Assembly (NCBI GenBank): GCA_009914755.4
Contig: CP068257.2
Location: 24,032,001-24,096,000, forward strand
Source of the DNA: the human T2T-CHM13v2.0 reference genome, Homo sapiens
Direction: 5' to 3'
DNA length: 64,000 nt
Part shown: positions 46,535-61,141 of the stretch, in pieces
Position numbering within the stretch: position 1 is the stretch's first letter
Layout of the letters: each line of letters opens with the position of its first letter
Made by a program: the position numbers and the translations under genes
The notes under the pieces: generated by a model
The model's input: only the letters and a program-made list of their open reading frames with translations
The model's database searches: none
What the model was told of the DNA's origin: nothing

Positions 46535-46848
46535 GGCTGGACGCAGTGGCTCACACCTGTAATCCCAGCACTTTGGGAGGCTGAGGTGGGAGGATCATTG
46601 GAATCTAGAAGTTCGAGAACAGCATGGGTGACGTAGTGAGACTGTCTCAAAAAACTGAAAAACTAGCTGGGTGTGGTGACATGCACCTGTAGTCCCAGCT
46701 ACTCGGGAGGCTGAGACAGGAGGATCACTTGAGCCCAGAAGGTTGAGGCTGCAGTGAGCTGTGATCACACCACTGCAACTCTAGCCTGGGCAAAAGAGTG
46801 ACACCTTGTTTCAAGAAAAGAAAAGAAAAAAAAAAAGAAAAGAAAAAA
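46535..46848 (+). mobile_element. Alu (J)
   Basis: ggctggacgcagtggctcacacctg.. Confidence 0.85.
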
Positions 46849-47192
46849 TACATTGGGTATAAATACCCCTTCACTGTTGATGAAGAGACAGCCACCCTGA
46901 AATAATTACTCCAGTCCACCACTACTCTTTACCCTTCACCTCATCACACAGTCCATATAAGCTGAAGTGTGTATGGATGGATTTGGGATGGGAAGGAACG
47001 AGGGGATGGAAAGAGACAGAGAATGAGTTTGCCAAAGTCATAAGGAGTACTATTCCCCCAGGTCACCCCCAAAGGAAGTAAAGAGAATATTTAAGACATC
47101 ACTTGCAAAAACTGAAGGCACCTGCCAAGGAAATAGGAGCTATTTGAGCCAGTGGAAAGGGAGCTGGAAAAAAATATCAAGAAGAGGGGGAG

Positions 47193-47682
<490 letters not shown>

Positions 47683-47984
47683 TTACCATTCCAGTGGGAG
47701 CTAAGGGGTGTTTGGAAGGGAGTTGGCATGAACCTGCCATTTAAGGGAATGGAATCTGTACAACTGGGAAGACCTCAGCCACAGGGCCCCGCAAGAACTC
47801 ATACATGCACCTTACTAGAGAGCTAGCATTTGGAAGGCTGCTACACCAGGAGCAGCAACAATCAGAGAAATAGTAAAAAACAAACAAAAAAGCCTACACT
47901 AAATGTTAAATAAGTAAAAATTGCCTAGCCTTCCTGGGTTACTATTAAAGGTAGTGCTATGTAAGTAACAGACACATGTCCCTT

Positions 47985-48190
47985 TCTAGTTCCCCTTACC
48001 TCTCCTCAACTCAAATTTCCTCTTCGTATAAGGACACCAGTCAGATAGGATTAAGACCTACCCTAAAGGTCTCATTTTAACTTAAAGTCCCTGTCTCCAA
48101 AGTCACATTATGAGGTATTGGAGGTTGGGCTTCAATTCAATCAAAGTATGAATTTTGGGGAAACACAATTCTTCATAACACCAGGCAAGG
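47985..48190 (-). mobile_element. MLT1-type LTR fragment
   Basis: ..gtcacattatgaggtattggaggttgggcttcaattcaatcaaagtatgaattttggggaaacacaattc.. matches the MLT1 5' region (reverse complement). Confidence 0.5.
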
Positions 48191-49100
48191 GGTAAAATAG
48201 CCATTTTAAATAACCACAAGGCTGAGATCATTTGTCATAATCACATAAGGTGGTTCTGAATGGTTAAGTGCAGGACAAGGAGTGACCTGGCAGGCTGAAG
48301 TGCTGCACAAAGGCCAGCATTTGCAGGGTTGGAGCAGCCTAGCCAAAAAGAGGAAGGGGCTCTGAGGAAGACGAAGCCTTGGTTAAGATCTGTGACTCAC
48401 AGCACCACGAGAGGTTCAGTTGGAAAACAGGGAGTGCTTGCCTGACCAAAATTTAAATGTAAATGCACAGCCCTGTAATATAGGGCACGAGAATAGGATG
48501 CTTCTTACAGTCAAACAGAACCCTGTTTCAATAATGAACAAAGAGACTGGGACATGCAAGCAATTCCACAGTTGTGAGACAAGTAAAAAATGTGTTATGA
48601 GATAACTGTGTTAGCTGATAAAAGGTAAAATTCAACTAAACTTTGAATGAAGAAGGAGGTAAAGAGACAGGGAGAGGAAGCATATGCAGAAAAGGTCAGT
48701 TTGTTCTCTACTGACTGGCAGTTCCAGCTGACACAAGATGGCTTTGCAGCCACAGGTAGGTGGAGGAGAGCTGTTTCAGGGGAGGTTAAAGGAAGACCCT
48801 GGGACAACTAGACTTCCTCGATTACCTTTAGATAGTGCCATAATTAGACACCCGATTCTCTGTTCCAAAGCCTGCAATTATTTAAATAAAAGTAGTTCAA
48901 CTGTTCTGTCACTGCTTAGCCACATTTGAAGAAAAGTGGGCTGTTTCTTCCTACTGTACTGCCCTCCCCAATTCCGTCTCTACACATCGTATTAATCATA
49001 TCTATGTCATTAGGAAATATTTGTAGATCTTTCAAAAAGGTATTCCCTAGCAGGTTTTGCCTTCAGCTACAGTATGCCATAATAAAAATCTATTCCCTTT

Positions 49101-49348
49101 GGCCCAGGCGCAGTGGCTCAAGCCCGTAATCCCAACACTTTGGGAGGCCGAGGTGGGTGGATCACCTGAGGTCAGGAGTTTGAGACTAGCCTGGCCAACA
49201 TGGTGAAACCCTGTCTCTACTAAAAATACAAAAATTAGCCGGGCATGGTGGCGCACACCTGTAATCCCAGCTACCCAGGAGGCTGAGGCAGGAGAATTGC
49301 TTGAACCTGGGCAACAGAGCGAGACTCCATCTCCAAAAAAAAAAAAAG
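49101..49348 (+). mobile_element. Alu (S) with a deletion in its 3' arm
   Basis: ggcccaggcgcagtggctcaagcc.. Confidence 0.85.
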
Positions 49349-50058
49349 AACACTGTTGGCTTCACACTTTTACACTTTTAAAGAAAATCTTAAAAATCTA
49401 TTAAAGACCTATATTTATTAACACATATCAGAGATATTGTCAAATACTAAAAAGACATGGCTGCTTTTCCTTTAAAATTTACTTTTTTTAAGCCTGATTT
49501 TGACCATTAAAATATTTTTTAAAATAACTTCCTTGAGAGACAGTTATAGTCACTAAAATTTTGACCATGTCTGATATGCCACTTATCTAGAATGTATCTG
49601 CTGGAACTCTTCTTATTAGGACAAAACAACACCATAAAGTTTACTCTTTTAAAGTAAGTTCCTTTATAGAACCCCCGTCATCCCTACCTTTCCCTCATCA
49701 ATCTGAACAGAACTGTAACAGACTCTGTGATCTGCAAGCAAAGATGAGGGACCTGGGTTACTGGGAGAAAATTATTTAACATTTGAGGAGATCAAAGTTA
49801 AACACAATAGATGTTCCAAGACATATAAAAAATTACACTCAGATTTCTGAGAAAGCTATGACCAAGAATTTATAAACCATTTCTTCATGTTCTAAAGGAA
49901 GGGTAACATCCCTCCACAACAAGCAGGGTTATGTGCAAGTTGTGTCCAGTTCATCCAAGGTCTCCATCTGCTTTATTATAACCAAATGAAAGGATCTAAA
50001 AACAACTCTAACACACAGAACTCAATTCATCAAGAACACACTCAACATCACCAAATAA

Positions 50059-50114
50059 TTTATTTGGACTCAGAATTAAAAGAACATTTGACAGTTATGA
50101 AATGCATGTTTATT
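50059..50114 (-). promoter_or_regulatory. ATP5PF: ATP5PF polyadenylation signals (two AATAAA hexamers on the – strand)
   Basis: + strand tttatt at 50109-50114 and 50059-50064, lying 70-125 nt 3' of the stop codon. Confidence 0.6.
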
Positions 50115-50181
50115 CTGAAACTTCTAACTAGTTGTACAACTAATCCGTGACAAATTACCAGATTAATTTTACTTTATTTCT

Positions 50182-50219
50182 TCAGGCCTGGGGTTTTTCG
50201 ATGACTTCAAATTTGGGAT
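50182..50219 (-). CDS. ATP5PF: ATP5PF terminal coding segment (D)PKFEVIEKPQA*; stop TGA at 50184-50182; exon continues as 3'UTR to about 50040-50095
   Basis: Acceptor (– strand) cttcttag|ATCCC; AATAAA signals on the – strand at 50114-50109 and 50064-50059. Confidence 0.88.
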
Positions 50220-50767
50220 CTAAGAAGAGGGGGAAAAAAGGGTCAAGCTTAGCCAAATTGCAATAAAATGGATTATGTAGAATGCTCAAGATTTAACTCA
50301 TCAATTTTCTGATTTTTTTAGTAAACACTGTTTGTAAACATTTACATAGAAATATAGCTAAACATTTATGCAACACTTTCTATGAGCCATGCATTCCATT
50401 AATTGACTTTGCATATATTATGTCATTTAACTACATATGCAGAAGATACTATAATTCTCCCCAAATGTCAGATGAGGAGACATGCACCAGTTAATTACTC
50501 AAGATTACACAGCTGAAAGTGATTATAAGGATTCAAGATTGGGCAGTTCGATTTCAGATCCCCACCATTTAATCACTATGTTATGTGATCTCCTATACTG
50601 CTCTTATTCTAACAGCAAACATTTAGCCGGCAGCTTCTCAGGCACACGTCATGGTCCTAATAAATTCACATGTCAACACTGTCATTCAGTTCTCTAAAAA
50701 TCCAGGTAAGTGTAAATATTCTTCACTTATCCCCCACAAGAATGAATCTGTGATTTATAAGACGTAC

Positions 50768-50892
50768 CTTCAAATTTGAAGGTGGGAAATGTATTCATGT
50801 CTGCATTACCAAACATTTGCTTGAGCTTAAAAAGCTCCCTCTCCAGCTCTTGCTGATACTCTGAACTAGCATCAACAGGTCCTCCAGATGTC
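50768..50892 (-). CDS. ATP5PF: ATP5PF coding exon (125 nt); (Q)TSGGPVDASSEYQQELERELFKLKQMFGNADMNTFPTFKFE
   Basis: Present in ORF track 50727..50915(-); acceptor cttaacag|, donor |gtacgtc on the – strand; phase joins the neighbouring exons. Confidence 0.9.
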
Positions 50893-50922
50893 CTGTTAAG
50901 TAAATGAGCAAACAAAAATTAA

Positions 50923-51280
<358 letters not shown>

Positions 51281-54200
51281 AATAGACCTTTTTAAAGCAT
51301 TCATGTAGTCAAAGAAAAGACTTCAGAAAGAAAATAAGTATTTCTACTTCAATTTCAATTCAAACTATTTTATTACGATGAGGTTTCACATAAATGAGGT
51401 ATCCTCAAACCAATCTCTAACATTCAAGGTTTCTCAGAATCACGGACACTCACTAAGTCAGAATTTCTCAGGGTCTAAGTTGCAAAAGGTGTATCGTTAA
51501 GTCTACAGGCTCTGGAGTCAAAGACTGGTCCTGTTTGAGTGTAAGTTCAACTATTCAGCAACTGCGTAAACCTGAGTAAGGCACAGAGCACTCTAAATTT
51601 TAGTTTCCACAACTAAATATGAAGGTTCTACCAAACGAGGGTGTAAATGCACACGTACCTCTAAGCACAGTGCCTGGCACACAGTGAGTACTCAATTATT
51701 ATCTACTAATATCATCTGCTTTAAGTCAGCCATCACTAAATGGCTTTTAAAGACCTTAGACTTTTAAGTTTCTACCATAGGGGTCCTATTAAAGAAGCAA
51801 ATTATTTCCTACCCTCAGAGATTTTGCAATTTCGAAGAAAAAAATTACATGTTTACAAACATTTATGCTGTAAAGGAGTGATGTGATGAGCTTCAAAGAC
51901 ATGATTTAACAAAAAGCTATTCAAGTTGAGGAAGAGATTACTTTTGCTAAGCTAATCAGGGAAAATTTCATTTTAAAAAGGTGGCATTTGAGAAACATCA
52001 GGCATCTGGGGCCAGGGTTTATTTTGAGACCTTCTAAGATGGAAAAAGCAAAGACATAGAGGTGGTAAGGGATTGGCTGTATGTGGGGAATGCTAAGGAG
52101 TCTAGATGGAAAAACCAGCAGACCCCAGATCATGGGAGGCCCGGAATGTTAAGCCTGGGAGTTTGTATTTTATTTGCCAAGCAATAAAATGACAAAATTA
52201 GACTTGTGCATTTTGGGAAAATAAATATAGCATTATGGACCAGCAGCAGGGCCAACTGGGTCTCATTAATTCTTTGAAGAAATTCTTCTGTTTTTGTCAT
52301 AAATACTACTGCCTACCTAGCAATGAACAATATTCTAAATGTAAAAAAATGTACACATGAAAATTCCTTCAAGGGTAATAACATTTTTACACATGCCTAT
52401 GATCAAAGTATACAGTCTTATTTAAGTTAAAGAACATGCACAAAAAATACATAGGTGGCTCCAATTTAAGAACTTGTTATCAATATTTCTTGTTAGAGAC
52501 CCAATTTTCTTTTAGATTAGCACTGTCCAATAGACCTTTTTGTGATGTTAGAAACGCTCTCTGTCTGTGCTGTCCAGTGTGGCAGCCACTAGCCATATCT
52601 GGCTATTGAGCACTAGAAATATAGCTAACATGAATGAGAAAATGAGAAACTGAATTTATAAATACACTTAATTGTAATTAGAATTTGAATAGTCTCATGG
52701 ATAACGGCAACCAAAATGGACACTGCGGTTCTAAATAGATCCTTCAACTAGATACTCTAATACTGGTTACAGATGGATGATGGCTATTTTAACTTTAATA
52801 TGCACTCTTGTGATAAAAAGAGGCCAGAAATCATCTACCTCCTCAACTGAATGTAAGTCTTGCTGCTTATCTTGCTTATTACTATATTCCTAGGCTCTCA
52901 CATGATGCCTAGGACAAAGCAGTCACTCAGAAGATACTTGTTCATTTCACTAGCAAATACTAGGCATGCTAATGTATTGAATAATTTAATTTTTATAATA
53001 TCCTATGAAATGGGTAAGTACTACCATCATCCTCCTTTTACATATGAGAAAACTGTCCTACAGAAGTTAAACCTGCCCAAGGTCATAGAGCTAATTAGTG
53101 GCAGTGCTGGATGCCAGCCCAGGGTCTACCCTCAGAACTCTCCATGTGTTTGTTTGCACAAACGAATGAATGACCCACAAACAAGACTCCTTAGATATAG
53201 GGTACACCTAAGAATTCACTTCTTACTAGATAGGCTTTTAAAGACAGTTAAAATGATGCAAACAGCATCAATACTCTAATATAACACCACATTTGGACAG
53301 AAGACACTCAAAATTCCCTGACGAGTCCTGCACATCTGGTTACTTAACAGTATGATTTTTGGCAAATTCTAACTTTCAGCCTTGGTTTTCTCATATATAA
53401 AATTGGGGTAACATCTATAGGGTTGTTGTCAGAGTTTCATTACCATGTCTACAAAGCACAGAGTAACTTACTACATTTTAATCCCTTCACTATTTCTCCT
53501 CCTCAGTTTTGGCAATGGTAACACCTTTGTTAGTTACCTCGCCTCAAAAGTCAGTTTTCTTTTATTGTTCCCTCTTCTTCCTCTCCAGCAGCTCACCAAA
53601 ACCAGGCATCAGTGTTTCAATGTCTTGACTCTGTCACTTTTACATTACCACTGCTATAAAGTCAAGGTTCTCATCAACTAATGCTTAGGTTACATTTTGC
53701 TAACATGTCTGTCTTTGCTCTCTTCTCATTTCAATCCTTCCAATACCCTGGTTAAAATTATCCTCCTAATTCAGAGTAATCTTCCATCCCCACAGTCATG
53801 TTCAAAAAGCTGTAATTTCTCACAAATGCCTACCACATATCTTACTTGCTCAGTCTACAATCAAGGCCTTCCATAATCCCTCATTCTAACCCCATACCAT
53901 CCTTATACTCTTCATATACCCTATACTCCAGGGAAATAGAATTATACCATTCACCAAATATATTTTGTGCTTTCTAGCACAAACTAAGGCATTTTCATGC
54001 CTTAGTTCACACCATTCTTTCCTCCTAAAAGATACTCTCCTCTTACCCTCATTTATCTGTCCAACCTTCATACACTGATCTTTAAAACCTAGAGTAAACC
54101 CCTGGGTGTACAGGTCTACTGAAGGCCTCCTGTGGGTTTGAGAACTGTTTCATGCTATAAGGAAAATGATGTGAGTAAATTCTTCACGTTTTTTTCTTTA

Positions 54201-55172
54201 AACTGGGAAGATGATCCACAGTTGTCCATGAGATTCTCAAGAGGGATGAGTACCCAAACACTGCCTTCCAAGAAGCCTCTAAAATGCCTCTAGCTGGAAA
54301 GGAGTATTCTTTCCTATGAACTCCCCAAGCACCCAGCGTTTCCCTACCTTAGCACCTAACTCATTTTACCTTATATTGTATTTATTTGCTTAGAAGCTTT
54401 CTACTCCTATCGGACTTTAAGAATATTGTAAAAATGCCCTGTGGCCCATCACGGTTAATAGCCAAGTGCTTTACACACAGTAGACAACTATATGAAAGAA
54501 AATGGAACTATGAATTGGTGCGCCTCACTGTTCCTAAGATTTGGGTTTGGACCTGATGACAGCTAAGGTGGTCATTCCTTTCCAAAACTATGGTTCTACA
54601 ATTGTTTTTCTTGGACTTACATTATGTCATTTCAGAGTCTTTTGTCCTTTAATATACATTCTCAGAGATCTGTAACTATGGAAATAGCCTTTTAAAAAAA
54701 AGAGCTGTGTTTATACATTTCCCCCAAATTACAATGTCACAGAAAGGCCACTAAATTGAGGCTAAAATATACTTTGATAATATATTTTTCCCCAATTAGT
54801 TTTATGATCTTCGGCTAATCAATGTCTAAGGGAGTTACTTTTTTCAAACTTAGCTGCTAAATGATTTCCAAGACCCTATGTATTTCTATAAATTGATGTG
54901 GTTTATAATACATGACATGACAGTAAGAATGTATTTTAAACAGCAATAAATTTAGTAGGATTTTCCCTTGTAACTCATATAAAGATACAGTTTCTGACTT
55001 AAAAAAATCAAGATCCTTATCTTCTTTTTTGAGGGCACCTAATGAACCTCTATGTCAGAGATGAGCTCAGTGAAGGTCTAATACTTTCAAATACCAAGTC
55101 ATTTTTATTACCACCTTGAAACTTACATACTTTGAATATTTATATTTACACTGTAGTTATTTATTCACTTAC

Positions 55173-55336
55173 TGTCGCTTAGATTTGTATTCTCTAATCT
55201 TGTCCACAAAGAGTTTCTGTATAGGATCAAGTTCCTTATTAAATGCCACTGCTGTAACACCAATGTTCCTCCGCAAATGGACTGAGACGGCTGACCGAAT
55301 GACAGAGGAGAACCTGAAGAGCCTCTGAAGAATCAT
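55173..55336 (-). CDS. ATP5PF: ATP5PF (ATP synthase coupling factor 6) first coding exon; exon spans 55173-55343; ATG at 55336-55334; MILQRLFRFSSVIRSAVSVHLRRNIGVTAVAFNKELDPIQKLFVDKIREYKSKR(Q) including the mitochondrial presequence
   Basis: Reverse-complement translation matches remembered ATP5J/F6 precursor; acceptor (– strand) ctgtaacag|AATCAGCATG, donor CA|gtaagtg. Confidence 0.9.
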
Positions 55337-55993
55337 GCTGATTCTGTTACAGAAAACAAGCAGCAGAAACGTTAATATACTTATTATAAATCACCTCTAA
55401 ATATATCATGAGAATCAAATTCTACTAATTGCTACAGAATTACATCATATCAGATCTCAGTCTATACCTGACCACAGTTCCCTTCTCCTCCTTATTCCCC
55501 ATTGCAAGTTTTTTAGGTCTTAACCAAAAGGCTCTGGGATAATGGAACAGTTAGAAACTCAGGCCTGAAGCTTCATCAGGGTTAGAGCACAAAATGTGAG
55601 GTGAGGTATTTCTTCCCCCTTGAACTTAGTCATGGATCAGAGAAAACAGTAGAGGTAGACTGTTGCAACACTGTCCGCTCCTAACAGGAAAAGTACACTG
55701 GCCCCCAAACTAATGTACAAGGTTTCCCATACCTCAGCCGGGCATGACAACCTGAAAATGTGTACTTCACAGGCCCACAGAGGGAGAAACTGCTCTGCCT
55801 GTTACAAATGGATTCCAGCCATTTAAGAATACTGTAACAACTAAATCAAAGTCCAGAAGAACCAGCAAAGAAAAACAGCAGCCAGTCCAAATGAGCTGTG
55901 CATGACAGTGGGGAGGATCCGGCAGTCCAACTTTATCAGTGAAATAAATTGGTGAAGGAGATGGAAGTCTGAATTTTAAAAATAAGGACTTAT

Positions 55994-56341
<348 letters not shown>

Positions 56342-56526
56342 TTAAAGACTTTCAAATCCCTAGACTTCCTTAAGCTAAAATATATTACTTTCTAACTAAA
56401 ACATTTCAGTAGAGGACAATTCCTGTTGAGATTTACTTTAGTGATTTAAAGATCAAATGCAAAAAATAATCCAAATTACAACAAATAGGTACAAACAGGA
56501 ATTCTAGAAGAAAAGGAATAAAGAGG

Positions 56527-56845
<319 letters not shown>

Positions 56846-56969
56846 TTAGTAGAATACATTTTTCTTAGATTAAGGCCGAGTCTATAAACTGACAGGGCTT
56901 GCCAAACCCCATATTGGAACGGTGACAAAAGGCTCACAATGCACCACAGCCTGGTACAATTTCTCAATC

Positions 56970-57170
56970 TTTTTTTTTTCAGACAGGGTCTCACTCTGTT
57001 GCCCAGAATGAACACGGCTCACTACAGCCTCAGCCTCCTGGACTCATGCAATCCTCCCACCTTAGCCTCCCAAGTAGATGGGAGCACAGTTGTGTGCCAT
57101 CACACCAGGCTAATTTTTACTTTTTTTTTTTTTTTGTAGAGACGAGGTCTTGCCATATTGCCCTGGCTGG
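56970..57170 (-). mobile_element. Alu fragment
   Basis: Reverse orientation, partial. Confidence 0.6.
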
Positions 57171-57365
57171 TAAAATTTCTGAATCTTCAAGTGAAAATCT
57201 GATATGCTAACATGTTTCCCATGCCCTCCCCAAATTTCCTAATAGCAATACTGTCATCATCACATTGACACCGGACTTCTACTAAGTTATAATAGGACTA
57301 GTGGAAGTATACAAACTATGTTATTGGTCTAAAGTAATATAGAAATTAGATATAAGTATTTAGAG

Positions 57366-57490
57366 GCCAGGCGAGGTGGCTCATGCCTGTAATCCCAGCA
57401 CTTTGGGAGGCCGAGGAGGGAGGATTGTTTGAACTCAGGAGTTCAAGACCAGCCTGGGAAACATGGAGAGAACCTGTCTCTAAAAAATTA
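57366..57490 (+). mobile_element. Alu left monomer (FLAM-like)
   Basis: ggccaggcgaggtggctcatgcctgtaatcccagcactttgggaggccgagg.. Confidence 0.7.
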
Positions 57491-57689
57491 GAGCTTGTAT
57501 TTTAAGTGACTTCATTGTTTTGTTTTTTAAATTTCATTTCTTTTGTAATTCATTTTCACTGTATTCAAAAGTGTCCACAGGAGTGGGTGTGAGAATGGCC
57601 CTTTACCACTCAGAGTTTGAGCAGCACTAGCTAGAAAACTGTAGAGTCGCACAATAGTTCTCAAAATAGGGTTGGGGGTGGGGGAAGAA

Positions 57690-57915
57690 GTGAGTTTTTT
57701 TCTCTCCAAGGAGACATCTGGCAATGTCTTTAGACATTTTTGGTTGTTCTCACCAAGCTGAGTGCTACTGGCTTATAATGAGTACAAAGCCAGGAATGCT
57801 GCCAAACACTATAACGACAATAACAGCCCTCCCACCCCTAAGAATTATCTGGTCAAAATGTCAATAATGCCAAGGTTGACAAACTCTGGAATGGCATGTA
57901 AAAATTATCAAAAGA
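57690..57915 (+). repeat. Second copy of the same ancient interspersed repeat family
   Basis: See the 4960-5170 entry. Confidence 0.4.
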
Positions 57916-57926
57916 AATCTACAATG

Positions 57927-58233
<307 letters not shown>

Positions 58234-58245
58234 ATCCTACAATCA

Positions 58246-58576
58246 GGCCGGGCGTGATGGCTCACGCCTGTAATCCCAGCACTTTGTTGTAATCCCAGCA
58301 CTTTGGGAGGCCAAGGTGGGTGGATCACCTGAGGTAGGGATTCAAGATCAGCCTGACCAACATGGAGAAACCCCGTCTCTACCAAAAATACAAAATTAGC
58401 CGGGAGTGGTGGCACATGCCTGTAATCCCAGCTACTCAGGAGGCTGAGGCAGGAGATTCCTTGAACCCAGGAGGCGGAGGTTGCGGTGAGCCGAGATCGC
58501 GCCACTGCACTCCTCCACCCTGGGCAACAAGAGTGAAACTCTGTCTCAAAAAAAAAAAAAAAAAAAAAAAAAAAAG
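58246..58576 (+). mobile_element. Alu (S) with an internal 18-bp duplication (58271-58306); TSD aaatcctacWatca
   Basis: Inserted exactly at the 3' TSD of the preceding Alu. Confidence 0.9.
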
Positions 58577-58812
58577 AAATCCTACTATCAATGCAATCAA
58601 CAAAATATGCTTCACCTGACAGAATGAAAGCAAACTGTTTGAAGAAATTAAAGAATTCATAACATATCACTTTTATACCCCATCAGGGAAAAATACTTGA
58701 GAAAAGGCTACAAGCAAACAACAAATGACCTCACAAGGTCATGTGCCACTTATTATCATTCCTATGTTTAAACACACAGAAACTGAGGATTAGAAGTATC
58801 TGGTCAAAGTGG

Positions 58813-59098
58813 TCGGGCGCGGTGGCTCACGCTTGTAATCCCAGCACTTTGGGAGGCCGAGGCGGGCAGATCACGAGGTCAGGAGATCGAGACCATCCTG
58901 GCTAACACGGTGAAACCCGGTCTCTACTGAAAAATACAAAAAATTAGCCAGGCGTGGTGGCGGGCACCTGTAGTCCCAGCTACTCCGGAGGCTGAGGCAG
59001 AAGGGCGTAAACCTGGAAAGTGGAGCTTGGAGTGAGCAGAGATCGTGCCACTGCAATCCAGCCTGGGCGACAGAGCGAGACTCTGTCTCAAAAAAAAA
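58813..59098 (+). mobile_element. AluY; perfect 15-bp TSD gtatctggtcaaagt
   Basis: ggtcgggcgcggtggctcacgcttg..; direct repeats at 58798-58812 and 59099-59113. Confidence 0.9.
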
Positions 59099-60458
59099 GT
59101 ATCTGGTCAAAGTTACACAGCAAAATCTAACTTAACACATATATGCAAAAAAAAAAATTGTGCAATTCAATGCCACTTTCCCTTCTGGCAAACTAAGGAC
59201 ATGCTTAACATTCAGCAATAGGTTCACCCGACATTTGCTTAGCCCTAGATACTGTGCAAAGTACTTCCATATATATCCTTTCCTTGTACCCTTACAGCAA
59301 TACTCTCAAAGAGTTAAAGTGTTCTTATCCCTGCTTTACAGATGATAAAACTGTATCTAAGAAAGATTAAGCTGCACGTATTCTCACAGTTAATTTGCTC
59401 TAAGTCTGACTGCATAGATGTTACTCCTTCTGCAACACGGGTAAAATCCACTTTCATTGTTTCAATTATCCACCATGTAAGTGCCTATGATTCCCCAATC
59501 GCATTTCTAATTTTAGTATTCATCCTGAGCCCCAAATCTATCCACAGCATTCAACAGTTCTCATCTCCCTTATAAGTCCTACGAACTCATCCAAAAAACG
59601 AACACATAATCCCATATCAAAACTTGTTCCTTCTCCTTTAATCCCTTTCATTTTTTTTCACTGATTAGTGAATGCATATTGTCCACTAAAACGCAGAAGA
59701 TAGTCATTACACAAATAGCTGTGAAATACCACCTGACATAAATTCTCTATTCCAGTACCATCGGGTGCCACGAGAGCATATGATAGCGTCTGACATGATC
59801 AGAAAGACTGGGGAAGGCAACAGTAAGAAAACACTAGTCTGAGCAGAGGCCTTGTTCTGGGTGGGAGCATGGTTCTATTTATAGTGATGACTGACCGGCC
59901 AAAGGTTAGTAGGTTCGCTGCCTCTTCAGTGCATATTCCTATGAACAATCCATAAAGTCGCCTAATGAAGTGTTAGCACCATCGTTTTTAGGTGGGATGC
60001 AAACTTTCAATATTATGACTAATTTTTTCCCTCTTAATGGTACACGTTCTGCCTAAGTAGCCTAGACGCTCCCGTGCGCCCGGGGCGGGTAGGCCTGGCC
60101 GAAAATCTCTCCCGCGCGCCTGACCTTGGGTTGCCCCAGCCAGGCTGCGGGCCCGAGACCCCCGGGCCTCCCTGCCCCCCGCGCCGCCCCGATTTGCCCT
60201 CAGAGAGGGTATCGATCTTATTTCTGGGTCTACGGCAAACTCCAAGGTCTACAAACGTAGAGGTCAGCTGTGACCCCGGGCCAGGCCGTGAAGGTCCCCA
60301 GGACACAGAGCTGCTCTCTCCTCCTAGTAAAGGTGAGAGGCAGCCCAGGCCTCGTGAAAAAACCCAGAACTGGAGTCCCAAAAGGCCACGCTGATCTAGC
60401 TACCCTCCCAGTCACCTTGCACTCAGTCCCGAGCTGCCAAAGCCTCCGCCGCCACCAC

Positions 60459-60640
60459 CTCCGCTCTACTTCCGGCCCTGGCTCCGCCCCCACACGCCTA
60501 CCCGCCATCGCAATGCATTATGGGCCGCCGTTTCAGTCGGTCGACGCTCACCGGACAGGAAGCGTCTCGGAGACAGTCTGCGACCGGACGGGTCTAGGTG
60601 AGACAGAAGCCAAACAGGAGGAGGAAGTGGAGGGTAAGTG
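60459..60640. promoter_or_regulatory. Cluster of ETS/GABP core sites (CTTCCGG 60470-60476; CAGGAAGCG 60556-60564; AGGAAGTGG 60612-60620; GCTTCCGGG 60630-60638) plus an Sp1 GC-box (GGCTCCGCCCCCAC 60481-60494)
   Basis: Seen in sequence; tandem GGAA cores are compatible with binding of a GABP α2β2 tetramer. Confidence 0.5.
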
Positions 60641-60690
60641 CTTCCGGGTCCCCTGGCACAGCCTCCGCCATCTTTTCTTCGCCTAATTTG
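60552..60690 (-). other. ATP5PF: Candidate ATP5PF non-coding exon 1 (5'UTR); donor at 60552/60551 (CCTGTCCG|gtgagcg); 5' end/TSS about 60680-60710 is uncertain
   Basis: Good GT donor on the – strand inside the CpG island; AAGATGGCGG (YY1/initiator-type) at 60674-60665 and an NRF-1 site just upstream (– sense); splices in frame-neutral fashion to the ATG exon. Confidence 0.45.
60663..60674 (-). promoter_or_regulatory. YY1/initiator-type element AAGATGGCGGAG (– strand)
   Basis: + strand ctccgccatctt; this motif commonly sits just 3' of the TSS in housekeeping and mitochondrial-protein genes. Confidence 0.5.
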
Positions 60691-60726
60691 ACCCGTTCTT
60701 TTTCCCCTCCTTGAAACCTTGCTCTG

Positions 60727-60738
60727 TACGCATGCGCT
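60727..60738. promoter_or_regulatory. NRF-1 site (tACGCATGCGCt, near-palindromic GCGCATGCGC class)
   Basis: Seen in sequence between the two divergent candidate TSSs; NRF-1 sites are typical of nuclear respiratory genes such as ATP synthase subunits. Confidence 0.6.
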
Positions 60739-60820
60739 CTTTGAGTGGCCTTTCCCCTAGTTCAAGCTCCCCTCCGAGTCAGCGTCCTGTTCGTTAGGGT
60801 TATCGAAGTGTATAAAGGTG

Positions 60821-60826
60821 CAGGGA
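60821..60826 (+). promoter_or_regulatory. TATA-like box TATAAA
   Basis: Only TATAAA in the island; lies on the + strand side of the NRF-1 site. Confidence 0.3.
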
Positions 60827-60849
60827 AAGTGAGACTGTGTAAAACAAAG

Positions 60850-61141
60850 CGGATTGGGGCGTTGTGCTTCCTTGTACCTCGTGAGCCTCCGTTGCCTTGG
60901 GCGGTCGTTTTGCGCACCCTGCCGGGAGTTGTAGTCCTGGACCCGAAGGTGCCTGGGAGGCGGGAGGGGGGTTGGGGCTTCTCAGCGCCGATTCCGCGGG
61001 AAGGGCCCTGGGACCTCACACTTCTAGTCGCGGGAGCTGCAGGTCTTACCCGGAGAGACGCTGCACGTGGAGCCCTCGCCGCTGCCGTTCTCAGCCGGCT
61101 CTGGAGTGCGGGCGGGGGCGACAGGGCCGATTCCGGAGTGG
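60850..61141 (+). other. GABPA: Candidate GABPA non-coding exon 1 (+ strand) ending at donor GAGTGG|gtgagtgcgg (intron starts 61142); start uncertain
   Basis: Strong + strand donor in the CpG island, divergent from ATP5PF; TATAAA at 60821-60826 about 30 bp upstream of the putative start; no GABPA coding sequence found downstream in the window (61.5-64 kb is AT-rich intron). Confidence 0.35.
60911..60937 (-). promoter_or_regulatory. ZNF143/THAP11 SBS-like motif (– strand GGACTACAACTCCCGGCAGGGTGCGCA)
   Basis: Matches the ACTACAAyTCCCrGCArTGC class, with a few mismatches. Confidence 0.45.

Noticed and set aside
52860-53279. 139-aa ORF in an ATP5PF intron
   Set aside because: AT-rich intronic sequence, hydrophobic low-complexity translation, no splice framing
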